Below, in pieces: positions 1 to 7,956 of a stretch of 32,000 nt of DNA. The position numbers and the translations under genes were made by a program. Location: the NCBI RefSeq assembly GCF_900199515.1, contig NZ_LT963434.1, forward strand, positions 303,272-335,271, given 5' to 3'. The stretch comes from Massilicoli timonensis. Its GTDB lineage: Bacteria > Bacillota_I > Bacilli_A > Erysipelotrichales > Erysipelotrichaceae. Under the pieces are notes generated by a model. It saw only the letters and a program-made list of their open reading frames with translations. It had not been told where the DNA came from and made no database searches. Within the stretch, counting starts at the first letter, position 1, and every line of letters starts with the position of its first letter.

Positions 1-31
1 TCATTGCATATAACGCTTCTTTGTATTTCCC

Positions 32-57
32 CAAAAAGAAAAGGTGTTTGCACACCT
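32..57 (-). terminator. Rho-independent terminator downstream of hpf
   Basis: On the minus strand, aggtgt-gcaa-acacct forms a hairpin (42-57) followed by tttcttttt. It overlaps the hpf TAG stop codon. Confidence 0.6.
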
Positions 58-601
58 ATTCTGTTTCGATCAAACCATAACCGCCGTCATGACGCTTATA
101 AACAACGGCAATTTCATTTGTTTCCTCATCACGGTAGATGAAGAATGTATGATTCAACATTTCCATACGCATGATCGCTTCATCCAGATCCATCGTTTCC
201 GGAACCAGCGATTTCGTTTTGACCACTTCATCCTCATCTTCATCCACTTCATCATAATCAACATAAAGCGCTTCATCATCAATGAAAGCCATCGCCAGTT
301 TTTCTTTATGCTTCCGTGTTAAACGCGTCTTCTGACGACGAATCTGATCTTCCAGTTTATCAACTACCAAATCAATGGCCGCATAGAGATCATCATGCGT
401 AACCTCTGCACGAAGCACTGCATACTTGGTAGGAATCGTTACTTCTATCTTCTGTTTGTTCGGGTAAACTCTTACCACGACATTGGCAACCACCGAATCA
501 TCAATGATGAAATACTTGGCTAAATGATCCAGCTTCTTTTCAATTTTTTCTGCGATTGCCGGAGTTACCGGAAAATTCTTCCCATAAATTTGGACTTTCA
601 T
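56..601 (-). CDS. hpf: Ribosome hibernation promoting factor (long HPF / YvyD type)
   Basis: 181 aa. The N-terminus MKVQIYGKNFPVTPAIAEKIEKKLDHLAKYF is typical of the S30AE/HPF family. An acidic linker and a C-terminal dimerisation domain (MLNHTFFIYRDEETNEIAVVYKRHDGGYGLIE) follow. The RBS aaggag lies upstream of the ATG. Confidence 0.9.
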   Translation of the reverse strand: MKVQIYGKNFPVTPAIAEKIEKKLDHLAKYFIIDDSVVANVVVRVYPNKQKIEVTIPTKYAVLRAEVTHDDLYAAIDLVVDKLEDQIRRQKTRLTRKHKEKLAMAFIDDEALYVDYDEVDEDEDEVVKTKSLVPETMDLDEAIMRMEMLNHTFFIYRDEETNEIAVVYKRHDGGYGLIETE

Positions 602-777
602 AAAATCACTCCTTATCTTTACCTATATTATATGTCAGATAATTTGATTTACCAGTCTTTCTTTTCATCGTTGTTTCTGTTATAATATCGTTGTAGCGGG
701 GATTTGGAAAATGGGATGTAATGGGAAGAATATGGAAAATTTACGATGCAAAGAAGAAAGGGATTCGGCTGCTTGCC

Positions 778-1728
778 TTATCTCTTTTTTGTTCTAAATA
801 ACGCTTTTGCATTTTCACCAGCAATCTGTTTGATCTCTGTCAGCGTAAACACCTTTTTCATCTCTTCTAATAGACGACCGGTATCCTCACAGCTCAAAAA
901 GTCCAGCGGCATCTCATTATCATCTTCAAAGAAATCCATGCAGTCTAATCCAAGCGCCACATGCTCGATGCCGATCAGATCGGCAATATACTTCATGTGC
1001 TTCACCAAATGCGCACAGTCCTGCTTGCTTCGCTTCTCATCAATAAACTGATTGGCGCTGTTGATGCCGATGATCCCGCCTGCCTTTGCGATCGCTTTTA
1101 ACTGTTCATCTTTGAGATTGCGGCGATGGGCACAAAGCGCATAAGCATTCGAATGACTGGCGATGAACGGTTTGCGCGCACATGCAACGACATCCCAAAA
1201 ACTGCGTTCGTTTAAGTGCGATACATCTAAGATCATCCCCAACTCTTCCATTTTCGCAATGGCGCACCGTCCCAGTTCGCTCAAGCCGCGCTCTTCACTG
1301 CCGCCGACACCACTCGCCAGCGCATTTTCATCATTCCATGCCAGCGACGCCAGCCGCACGCCCTGCTCATAGAGCCATGTGATCTTCGCTCCCACATCTT
1401 CTTTGATCCCACACATGCCTTCTACACTGATGATCGCATAGATTTTTCCTTCCTGCAGCACATCAGGCAGTTCACACACCGTTTCCACTTCTTTACAAGC
1501 TGCCAGATCCGCTTTTAACGCCAGCACCATTTCCTGCATTTCCTCCCATGTCTCATGCCCATCGAAGAAGCATGCCATGCACATGATCTGGATATTGCCT
1601 CTTTGAAATTTTTTCAGATGACGATTGGCAAAAATATCGCTTTCGCCTCTTCGTTTATGCAGCAGCACATCATAGCCGATATCGCCATGCAGATCAAAAT
1701 AACCGATTTCCCGCATCATTTCCCTCAT
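778..1728 (-). CDS. Membrane dipeptidase family (peptidase M19) protein
   Basis: 316 aa with the motifs DLHGD, SVEG and FIASHSNAYALCAHRRNLKDEQLKAIAKAGGIIGIN, which are characteristic of M19/renal-dipeptidase-like proteins. The start is ambiguous: ATG at 1728, 1719 or 1716, and 1719 has the best aagga spacing. Confidence 0.85.
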   Translation of the reverse strand: MREMMREIGYFDLHGDIGYDVLLHKRRGESDIFANRHLKKFQRGNIQIMCMACFFDGHETWEEMQEMVLALKADLAACKEVETVCELPDVLQEGKIYAIISVEGMCGIKEDVGAKITWLYEQGVRLASLAWNDENALASGVGGSEERGLSELGRCAIAKMEELGMILDVSHLNERSFWDVVACARKPFIASHSNAYALCAHRRNLKDEQLKAIAKAGGIIGINSANQFIDEKRSKQDCAHLVKHMKYIADLIGIEHVALGLDCMDFFEDDNEMPLDFLSCEDTGRLLEEMKKVFTLTEIKQIAGENAKALFRTKKR

Positions 1729-1734
1729 TCCTTT

Positions 1735-2733
1735 TTAATCCATATCATCATAGATCAGATCAAAGTGCTTCATTTTCGCACTTGGATCCATCCCTGTATC
1801 ATATGCCTGATCATGTAAAAGATTGCCTAAGCCAAAACCGCTTTCCTCACAAATATCCTGATAAGCGAGCTTTATCGCTTCTGCGGCGACCCCGATGCCT
1901 TCCTCAAACATCTCCGGCACGGAAGCATTGCTAAAAAGGCGCATCGTACATGGATGATACCATGTCTGCTTTTGTAAATTCAATACATCAAAACGCGGAT
2001 CGATGTCTTTCGGTATGATATGACCGCTGATCATCCATTTGCGATGCAGCCTGATTTCCGCTTTTTGTAGCCTTTCACAAAGCTTGCCCGTCGGATCGTG
2101 CAGCAGCAACAAAATCTCATGCCAGTCAAGCAAAGCCTCATGGATCTCATGGACCGTTAGTTTTTGATGCAGCGCGCTTCCTACCGCAGGCACATAAATT
2201 CTGGCGATCGCCTGTAACATCTCACGATCCGCCGCCGCAATGTCCGCCGCCTTGTAGGTTTCGATCGTTTCATTGTGATAGCGCCGCAGCATCATCGCAT
2301 CCATCATCGATTCAAAGCGGTGATGCGCATAGGCGCTTTTTCCCTTGCAGTTGCCGGTACGATAAAAAATATAAGGATGTGCGGTCTTATCCAGCGCCCA
2401 GTGGCACAAATGTCCCATTAAATAAGCGACCATCCGCTCTTTGATGAGCGGATCCTCCTGCTTGCGGATCGCCGTGATCGCCGCTTCGTAAAAATCGTTT
2501 ACCTGTCCACGATGCAAGCTCCCCCCTATTTTTGAAAGACGGTGGGACTTCCAGCTTTCCCATGGCTTCGCATGATGAAAAAACAGAAAATCAGGTCCGT
2601 TGGTACCGATATAAAATAAATGCGCATGCTTTTGAATGACGCGCAGCGCTTCATGCTTCATCGGATCGGTGCTTTTCATCAAAGCTGTGATCGCCTGCTC
2701 GCCGAATAATTTATGCGTGATGATATTAGGCAT
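1735..2733 (-). CDS. Zinc-dependent phospholipase C family protein (cytoplasmic, function unknown)
   Basis: The N-terminus MPNIITHKLFG and the His-rich motifs (GPDFLFFHH, GHLCHWALDKTAHPY) match the Zn_dep_PLPC family. GGAGG lies 8 nt upstream of the ATG at 2733. The longer ORF begins at 2748. Confidence 0.7.
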   Translation of the reverse strand: MPNIITHKLFGEQAITALMKSTDPMKHEALRVIQKHAHLFYIGTNGPDFLFFHHAKPWESWKSHRLSKIGGSLHRGQVNDFYEAAITAIRKQEDPLIKERMVAYLMGHLCHWALDKTAHPYIFYRTGNCKGKSAYAHHRFESMMDAMMLRRYHNETIETYKAADIAAADREMLQAIARIYVPAVGSALHQKLTVHEIHEALLDWHEILLLLHDPTGKLCERLQKAEIRLHRKWMISGHIIPKDIDPRFDVLNLQKQTWYHPCTMRLFSNASVPEMFEEGIGVAAEAIKLAYQDICEESGFGLGNLLHDQAYDTGMDPSAKMKHFDLIYDDMD

Positions 2734-2878
2734 CTCCTTATCCTCCATTCCCTTATCTTCTGCACTATTATAGCGCCAACTAAGAAAAAATACAATTCCA
2801 TGCTCTCCACCCTTTGTTTAGCATATGAACCGTTCATAAAGCGGTATGCTCCTAAGACAAAAACTGCCGGCTGGCAGT

Positions 2879-4987
2879 TTAAGTCGTCAGTTCATAATAA
2901 ACCTTTTGAATCAGATTCCACGTCTGTTCCCCTACGATGCCGTCTGCCGTAATGGAAACAAGCTGCTGAAAGGCGATGACAGCATCTCTTGTGGCATTGC
3001 CGAAGATGCCATCCGCTATGACTCCCGGAATGCTCTTATAGTAGATAGAAATCGTATTCAAACGATTTTGGAGCAGTTCCACATCTTTACCGACAGAGCC
3101 AAGGCGCAGTACCGTTCCCGGGAAAGTAGGAATACCGACGCTTGGCTGATCGCCCAATACCAGTTTTGCGGCCGTTTGAAAAATAGCGCCCCATGTCGTC
3201 TCTCCCACGATGCCATCCGGCACCAGATTGAAGGTATGCTGAAACTGCATGACTGCTTCCTGTGTTGCCGCCCCGAAAATACTGTCTTCGATCAGTACCG
3301 GGATATTGTTATACTGCTGCGAAATGATATTCAAAGCACCCTGGATCTGTCCCACTGCCAGGCCGCTGCTGCCAAGCTGCAAGGGTGTGCCCGGATACTG
3401 CGGAAAGATGATCCCCGGCTGCGTTTCTTCCAAAGTGGAATAAATTTCAAATAATTTATTCCAAGTATCACGACCGATCTGTCCATCCGGGATCAAACCG
3501 AAAGCTCTCTGAAAAGCAAGGACCGCGCGTTCCATCTGTGCACCGAAACGAGAATCGATCGTAACGGTCGGAATCTGCTGATAAAATAAGGAAATCGATG
3601 CCAAATAAAACTGTGCCTGCTGTACCTCCACCCCACGGCTTCCCTGCCGCAGGACGATTCCCGGATATTCTCCGCTTAAAAAGCTCTCTCTTCTTCCCAG
3701 ACTTTTTAGTTCTGCCAACTTACGCACCGCAACATAAATATACGAGATCTGATACCAAGTCTGCTTGCCGATAATGCCATCCGCATGCAAATTAAACTGC
3801 TGCTGAAAAACGCGCACCGCTGCCTCTGTTTCCGCATTAAACACGCCGTTTACCGGATAGATCGGCGTAATGAGCGGATAATTGACCGCGATCGCATTCA
3901 GAAATTCCTGCATCGTTCTGACATCTTCGCCACTATCTCCAAACCGCAACGGCGTACCCGGATACGACAAACGAATATCTTGGATATTATCAGAAGAATC
4001 AATCAGAATATCATTGCCGTAATAATATTTTAAGATACGCAATGCGTCATAGCCGCGATTTGCCAATTCCAGCGTTCCCCATTGCTTCATGCCCGGACAC
4101 TGAGCGATCTTGCCATCACAATATTCCGCATAAAAAGGCTCTAAATATCCTTCCTTGCGAATAAACTCATTAAACACTTCATCGACGATATTGCTTACCG
4201 ATTCATAAAGATTGCGATTTTTGACAAACGCCTGATCAAACGCCGTATTATTCGTAATATCAAAATCATAGCCGCGGCTGCGATACCATTCCGTATAAAC
4301 ACGATTCAGCGCCAAAGAACACTGTGCCCAAATATTCGCTTTCAACGCTTCATAAGGCCAGGTCGGATAAATCTCGCTGCTTGCGACATTTTTCAGATAA
4401 TAGCGAAAATCTACGGTTACGTTTTCCGCCGGTGCACTTGGCCGTCCCAAATGCACGGTGATCTTGCTTGGAATGATGACCGTATTCAATACCGCCGGCA
4501 CCACTTCTCCCTGCGCGATCGCCAAATGATCGGCGCCGCTGTTATTGCCCCCATAGTTTGTCAATAAATGATGATCTTCGATCATATTGACATTTCTGGT
4601 ATTAGGAATACGATACACGTCATATTCGATATTATTGGGAATCATGGCGATCGGCAGTTCCGCATTTTCATCGGCAAAGATCTGCACACCGATGCGTTCC
4701 TCACTATCATAGCCATCTAACCGTACGATCACGTTATAGGTTTCATAAGGACGTTCGCGATTTGCTTCATCAAGCGACATTTCCTTGCTCGGTGCATACA
4801 AGGCGATCCAAGCTGTTTTTCCCTCCTCATCGCTCATAAAATAATCCTCAAATACAACCTCATTCTCCTCTGACTTAAATACACGAATGGTACCGCCTTT
4901 GATCGGCAGCGCCTGTTCTGCCGTAAACAGCTGTACCTGTAAATAACCGGTTGCGATAATCACACCTCCCATCCTTCCATATGTCAT
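2879..4987 (-). CDS. SleC-like spore cortex-lytic enzyme with four tandem peptidoglycan-binding (PG_binding_1) modules
   Basis: 702 aa. The central block ITVHLGRPSAPAENVTVDFRYYLKNVASSEIYPTWPYEALKANIWAQCSLALNRVYTEWYRSRGYDFDITN resembles clostridial SleC. The C-terminal half carries four ~75-aa repeats of the pattern YPGxxLxxGSxGxxV...FGxxTxxAVxxFQxxFxLxxDGIVGxxTW. No convincing RBS precedes the first ATG, so the start is uncertain. Confidence 0.75.
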   Translation of the reverse strand: MTYGRMGGVIIATGYLQVQLFTAEQALPIKGGTIRVFKSEENEVVFEDYFMSDEEGKTAWIALYAPSKEMSLDEANRERPYETYNVIVRLDGYDSEERIGVQIFADENAELPIAMIPNNIEYDVYRIPNTRNVNMIEDHHLLTNYGGNNSGADHLAIAQGEVVPAVLNTVIIPSKITVHLGRPSAPAENVTVDFRYYLKNVASSEIYPTWPYEALKANIWAQCSLALNRVYTEWYRSRGYDFDITNNTAFDQAFVKNRNLYESVSNIVDEVFNEFIRKEGYLEPFYAEYCDGKIAQCPGMKQWGTLELANRGYDALRILKYYYGNDILIDSSDNIQDIRLSYPGTPLRFGDSGEDVRTMQEFLNAIAVNYPLITPIYPVNGVFNAETEAAVRVFQQQFNLHADGIIGKQTWYQISYIYVAVRKLAELKSLGRRESFLSGEYPGIVLRQGSRGVEVQQAQFYLASISLFYQQIPTVTIDSRFGAQMERAVLAFQRAFGLIPDGQIGRDTWNKLFEIYSTLEETQPGIIFPQYPGTPLQLGSSGLAVGQIQGALNIISQQYNNIPVLIEDSIFGAATQEAVMQFQHTFNLVPDGIVGETTWGAIFQTAAKLVLGDQPSVGIPTFPGTVLRLGSVGKDVELLQNRLNTISIYYKSIPGVIADGIFGNATRDAVIAFQQLVSITADGIVGEQTWNLIQKVYYELTT

Positions 4988-5109
4988 TTACCCAAAACCG
5001 TATGGGAAAGCGCCTATTTTCTATCGTTTTTGAAACAAAAACGATCTCTTTTCCTGTTTCAAGAAAGAAAATACATAAAAAAGATGCCGCATCATCGACA
5101 TCTCCTATA

Positions 5110-6615
5110 TCAAGCATCGGTATTTACAGAAGCAATGTGCATTTTATGCAGACAGCCGGTTTCCACTAACGATAACAGGCTATGATAAACGATCCACATC
5201 GCATATGTATCCATTGCACAATAAGCATAAAGCTGCTCTTTCAGCACAGCTTGCGTCTGCTCATCAAGCTCTTGCAGCATGCGCCATGCCTGTACCGCAT
5301 CTAATCCATAGGAAATTTCCAGTTCCTCGTAGGAAAAATCCGAAAAGATCGTTACCAGTTTTTTTAAGGAATAAAAGCCTTCCATATCAATATGGTAAAA
5401 ATTACCGCTTACAAAAGGCAGCGCCAGATCCACCATGCGATCACATACCGCATGCAGCTGTTCCCGGTATTGCGGGTACTGTTTTGCCAATTGTTTTAAG
5501 CGCAGTTTTTCCGCTCCTTCCATATTAAAGACCATGATCGAGCCTTCCTTTGGCAAATCCGCCAACAGCTTTTCAATAAAAGAAATACGGCAGTCCTTTT
5601 CTTTGATGAACTGTTTATGAAGCAAAGGTGCGCCTTTTGTTTCTTCTATATGCAGCGAGTATTGAAAGCAGAGCACATCATATGGCTTCATACCGGAATA
5701 AGGCGGGTAGGCATAGGTTTCCCATTCAAAGTCTAAATAAGAAAGCGGATAAACGATGCTTCCCTTTAACCAGCTGGAAAGCGCATAACGATCATAGAAC
5801 AAGCCGCCTTCCTGATCTGCCATGATCTGGGCATACTGAAGCCGGTTTCCTTCCAGCAAGGAAAGATCGACCTCCTTCAACGTTTTGCGCCCCTGTTGCT
5901 CCATCCTTCCCTTATGAGCGGAATTGACCAGATGTAAAATGGAATTTGCCTGCGGCTTTTGAAAACAACGGTCAAAATACAGGCACTTCGCTCCGCGGGT
6001 ACAGTTTTTCCCCCGCTCGCCTTTTTGCTCGCTCAAAGCCGCTACATGCCGCATTGCAAGCAATACCGCCTGCAGATCGCGCGCACATTTCTCAAGCAGC
6101 GAATCCAGCGTGTGCTGCATGCGATTATGTGCATTATACAGACAGTCGTTGATACAAAGCAAAGCATCGACACAAAGCTCTTCTTCTCTTATATACGCAG
6201 CGTTTAGATGAATGACATAAACAGCAGACACCGGTATCCCCAGCCACTTCAAAACCGTCAGATGGTCTTTGATGTACTGCGCTTCTGATTCCTTGGGATA
6301 ACAGTTCGCATATGGAAAATACAGAACATAGCCCTGCGCTTGCTTGATCATGATCGGTATCTTGATCCGTAAATCTTCATACACAAAACGAGCATTTACA
6401 AGCACCTTATGCTCCTTTAACGCCGCAAGCGCCACCTCTTTTGCATCGCCCCGCTTTCCTTCAAAGCAATCTGTGATGCGCAGCCTCTTTTTGACAAGTT
6501 CGATCAAATCTTCGTTATAGTAAACAAAAGGCTTGGGATAGATCGGCTCATGCACATGCCGCCAGTAAAATGTGGCACAGCGTTCAAATTTTTTGACATC
6601 TGACAGATGTATCAT
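5110..6615 (-). CDS. DUF2779-type protein: Cas4/PD-(D/E)XK-like Cys-cluster N-domain fused to a DEDD (RNase H-fold) exonuclease-like C-domain
   Basis: The C-terminal half has the DUF2779 hallmark YLDFEWETYAYPPYSGMKPYDVLCFQYSLH (a DxE exonuclease motif), then FNMEGAEKLRL and YCAMDTYAM. The N-terminal half has one early Cys (KKFERC) and a later C-x5-C-x5-C cluster (NCTRGAKCLYFDRC). GAGGGTG lies 6 nt upstream of the ATG at 6615. The ORF-track start at 6630 is a TTG with no RBS. Confidence 0.8.
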   Translation of the reverse strand: MIHLSDVKKFERCATFYWRHVHEPIYPKPFVYYNEDLIELVKKRLRITDCFEGKRGDAKEVALAALKEHKVLVNARFVYEDLRIKIPIMIKQAQGYVLYFPYANCYPKESEAQYIKDHLTVLKWLGIPVSAVYVIHLNAAYIREEELCVDALLCINDCLYNAHNRMQHTLDSLLEKCARDLQAVLLAMRHVAALSEQKGERGKNCTRGAKCLYFDRCFQKPQANSILHLVNSAHKGRMEQQGRKTLKEVDLSLLEGNRLQYAQIMADQEGGLFYDRYALSSWLKGSIVYPLSYLDFEWETYAYPPYSGMKPYDVLCFQYSLHIEETKGAPLLHKQFIKEKDCRISFIEKLLADLPKEGSIMVFNMEGAEKLRLKQLAKQYPQYREQLHAVCDRMVDLALPFVSGNFYHIDMEGFYSLKKLVTIFSDFSYEELEISYGLDAVQAWRMLQELDEQTQAVLKEQLYAYCAMDTYAMWIVYHSLLSLVETGCLHKMHIASVNTDA

Positions 6616-6638
6616 ATCATTCACCCTCAATCCTGTAT

Positions 6639-6667
6639 ATTATACCAAACGATGCCGCAATTACCAA
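6639..6667 (-). promoter_or_regulatory. Sigma-A-type promoter for the DUF2779 gene
   Basis: The minus strand reads TTGGTA (6667-6662), a 17-nt spacer, then TGG-TATAAT (extended -10, 6647-6639). It lies about 25 nt upstream of the RBS. Confidence 0.6.
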
Positions 6668-6697
6668 GTGCCGATTGGCAAAGCATATCCAATGCTT

Positions 6698-7651
6698 TTA
6701 TGTACCGGATTCTTTCCAGTTTACAAGCATTGCCTGCACATTTTGATAAATACGTTTGCGCCAAGCCTTCGGTTCATGCAGTTCCACATGTGATCCCAAA
6801 GAAAGCAGAAACTGCTCGGCCCGCATTTCACCGTCAATCAACAAGTGCATATAATAACCGCCATCCTCTTGCCAGTACGCCTCCAGACACAATCCGATCC
6901 GGCTTTCCGAAACCAGCACCGCCACTTCATCATAAATGCTCAGCCGCAGTTCGACCACCTGATCTTTCATCAGCCCGATCCCGACATGATCACGCAGTGT
7001 AAAATCACGATCGCGCGTAAAGGAACGATTGGTTAGCGTACAGGCTTTCATACGTTCCTCTGAAAACTTATAAGTGCGAAAATCCCGTGCATGCAGCGCA
7101 TAGCCGATCACATAATAAGCATTTTGATAATACACCAGCTCATAAGGAAATAACGTAACTTCTTTGACTTCTTTGCTTTGCAAAGAGCGGTATTGTAAAA
7201 GCATCGCTTTTTGCCGGGCGATTCCCTCCCTACAAAGGGTCAGATACTGTCTAAGACGCGCGGATATATGCAGATCGCTCTCTTCCAGATAAGTGCCGCT
7301 TCCATGCGCCTTTCCCCTTGTACCGGCACGGATCTTATCCATGGCCTTCATAAACGGATCGCCATAGGCAAAATCCTTATGTGCCTGCAAATAGGCACAT
7401 GCTTCAAGAAGCGCCGTCTGCTCATCTTTGTTAAGCGATGGCACCGCTAACGCTTCTTCCTCTACCAGCCGATATCCGCCATAGCGGCCGGTCGTGCTTT
7501 CGATCACATAACCGGCCGTTTCCAGCTCTTTGCGAAACTCACTTAAATTGCGAATGTTGGTCTGTAACTCATCGGCGAGCTCCTGTCGGCTCATCATGCC
7601 TCTGGCCTTTAATAAACGCAACATCTGTAAACACAATGCACAGCGATTCAT
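6698..7651 (-). CDS. WYL-domain transcriptional regulator (HTH - WYL - C-terminal extension)
   Basis: An N-terminal wHTH (LQMLRLLKARGMMSRQELADELQTNIRNLSEFRKELETAGYVIESTTGRYGGYRL) is followed by the WYL core (VTLFPYELVYYQNAYYVIGYALHARDFRTYKFSERM). AGGAG lies 5 nt upstream of the ATG at 7651. The longer ORF start at 7681 has no RBS. Confidence 0.8.
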   Translation of the reverse strand: MNRCALCLQMLRLLKARGMMSRQELADELQTNIRNLSEFRKELETAGYVIESTTGRYGGYRLVEEEALAVPSLNKDEQTALLEACAYLQAHKDFAYGDPFMKAMDKIRAGTRGKAHGSGTYLEESDLHISARLRQYLTLCREGIARQKAMLLQYRSLQSKEVKEVTLFPYELVYYQNAYYVIGYALHARDFRTYKFSEERMKACTLTNRSFTRDRDFTLRDHVGIGLMKDQVVELRLSIYDEVAVLVSESRIGLCLEAYWQEDGGYYMHLLIDGEMRAEQFLLSLGSHVELHEPKAWRKRIYQNVQAMLVNWKESGT

Positions 7652-7685
7652 ACAGCTCCTGGTATATTGGAAATGACTCATCTAA

Positions 7686-7695
7686 AAGTCATTAC
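7686..7695 (+). repeat. Left copy of the 10-nt direct repeat aagtcattac flanking the IS110 element
   Basis: Identical 10-mer at 7686-7695 and 9140-9149. Confidence 0.7.
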
Positions 7696-7956
7696 AACAT
7701 ACCTTTTCCTTTCTATCAACCTTTATACCCGTGGTTGATTACGGGGTTCATTGTCTGTATGATTGAAATATGTGAATGTGGATTTGTATTGCTCCTTGTG
7801 GCTCTGACTACTTTAGAAAGGTTCTTACCACTCCTTATTCCAAAATAATGATGAGTTAGATGAGTCTTTGAATTCGTATCTCGTTCCAGGTTTTATGGTC
7901 TAAGTGCTGTGGTTTCTTCACTTCACATACTCTTATTTCAGAAAGGATGTGTTTTT
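7696..7956 (+). ncRNA. Non-coding left end of the IS110 element; candidate bridge/seek guide RNA locus
   Basis: About 260 nt of non-coding DNA lie between the element end and the transposase ATG, which is the position where IS110-subgroup elements encode their guide RNA. Local hairpins are present (e.g. cccgt-ggttgatt-acggg at about 7728-7746). The segment 7845-7869 is complementary to the insertion-site flank 7671-7695. Confidence 0.35.

Noticed and set aside
2846-3454. 202-aa ORF on the plus strand, plus the shorter plus-strand ORFs at 3249-3443 and 3785-4033
   Set aside because: They lie entirely antisense to the well-supported SleC-like gene. They have no RBS and a low-complexity, Arg/Cys/Ile-rich composition typical of shadow ORFs.
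7652-7681. Longer N-terminus for the WYL regulator (ATG at 7681, MSHFQYTRSC...)
   Set aside because: It has no RBS at usable spacing. The nearest purine-rich run is about 20 nt away, inside the IS end. The ATG at 7651 has AGGAG at 5 nt and begins right at the HTH domain.
7438-7848. 136-aa plus-strand ORF spanning the WYL gene 5' end and the IS left end
   Set aside because: It crosses the inferred chromosome/IS junction, is antisense to the WYL gene, and has no RBS. The region is better explained as the non-coding IS left end.
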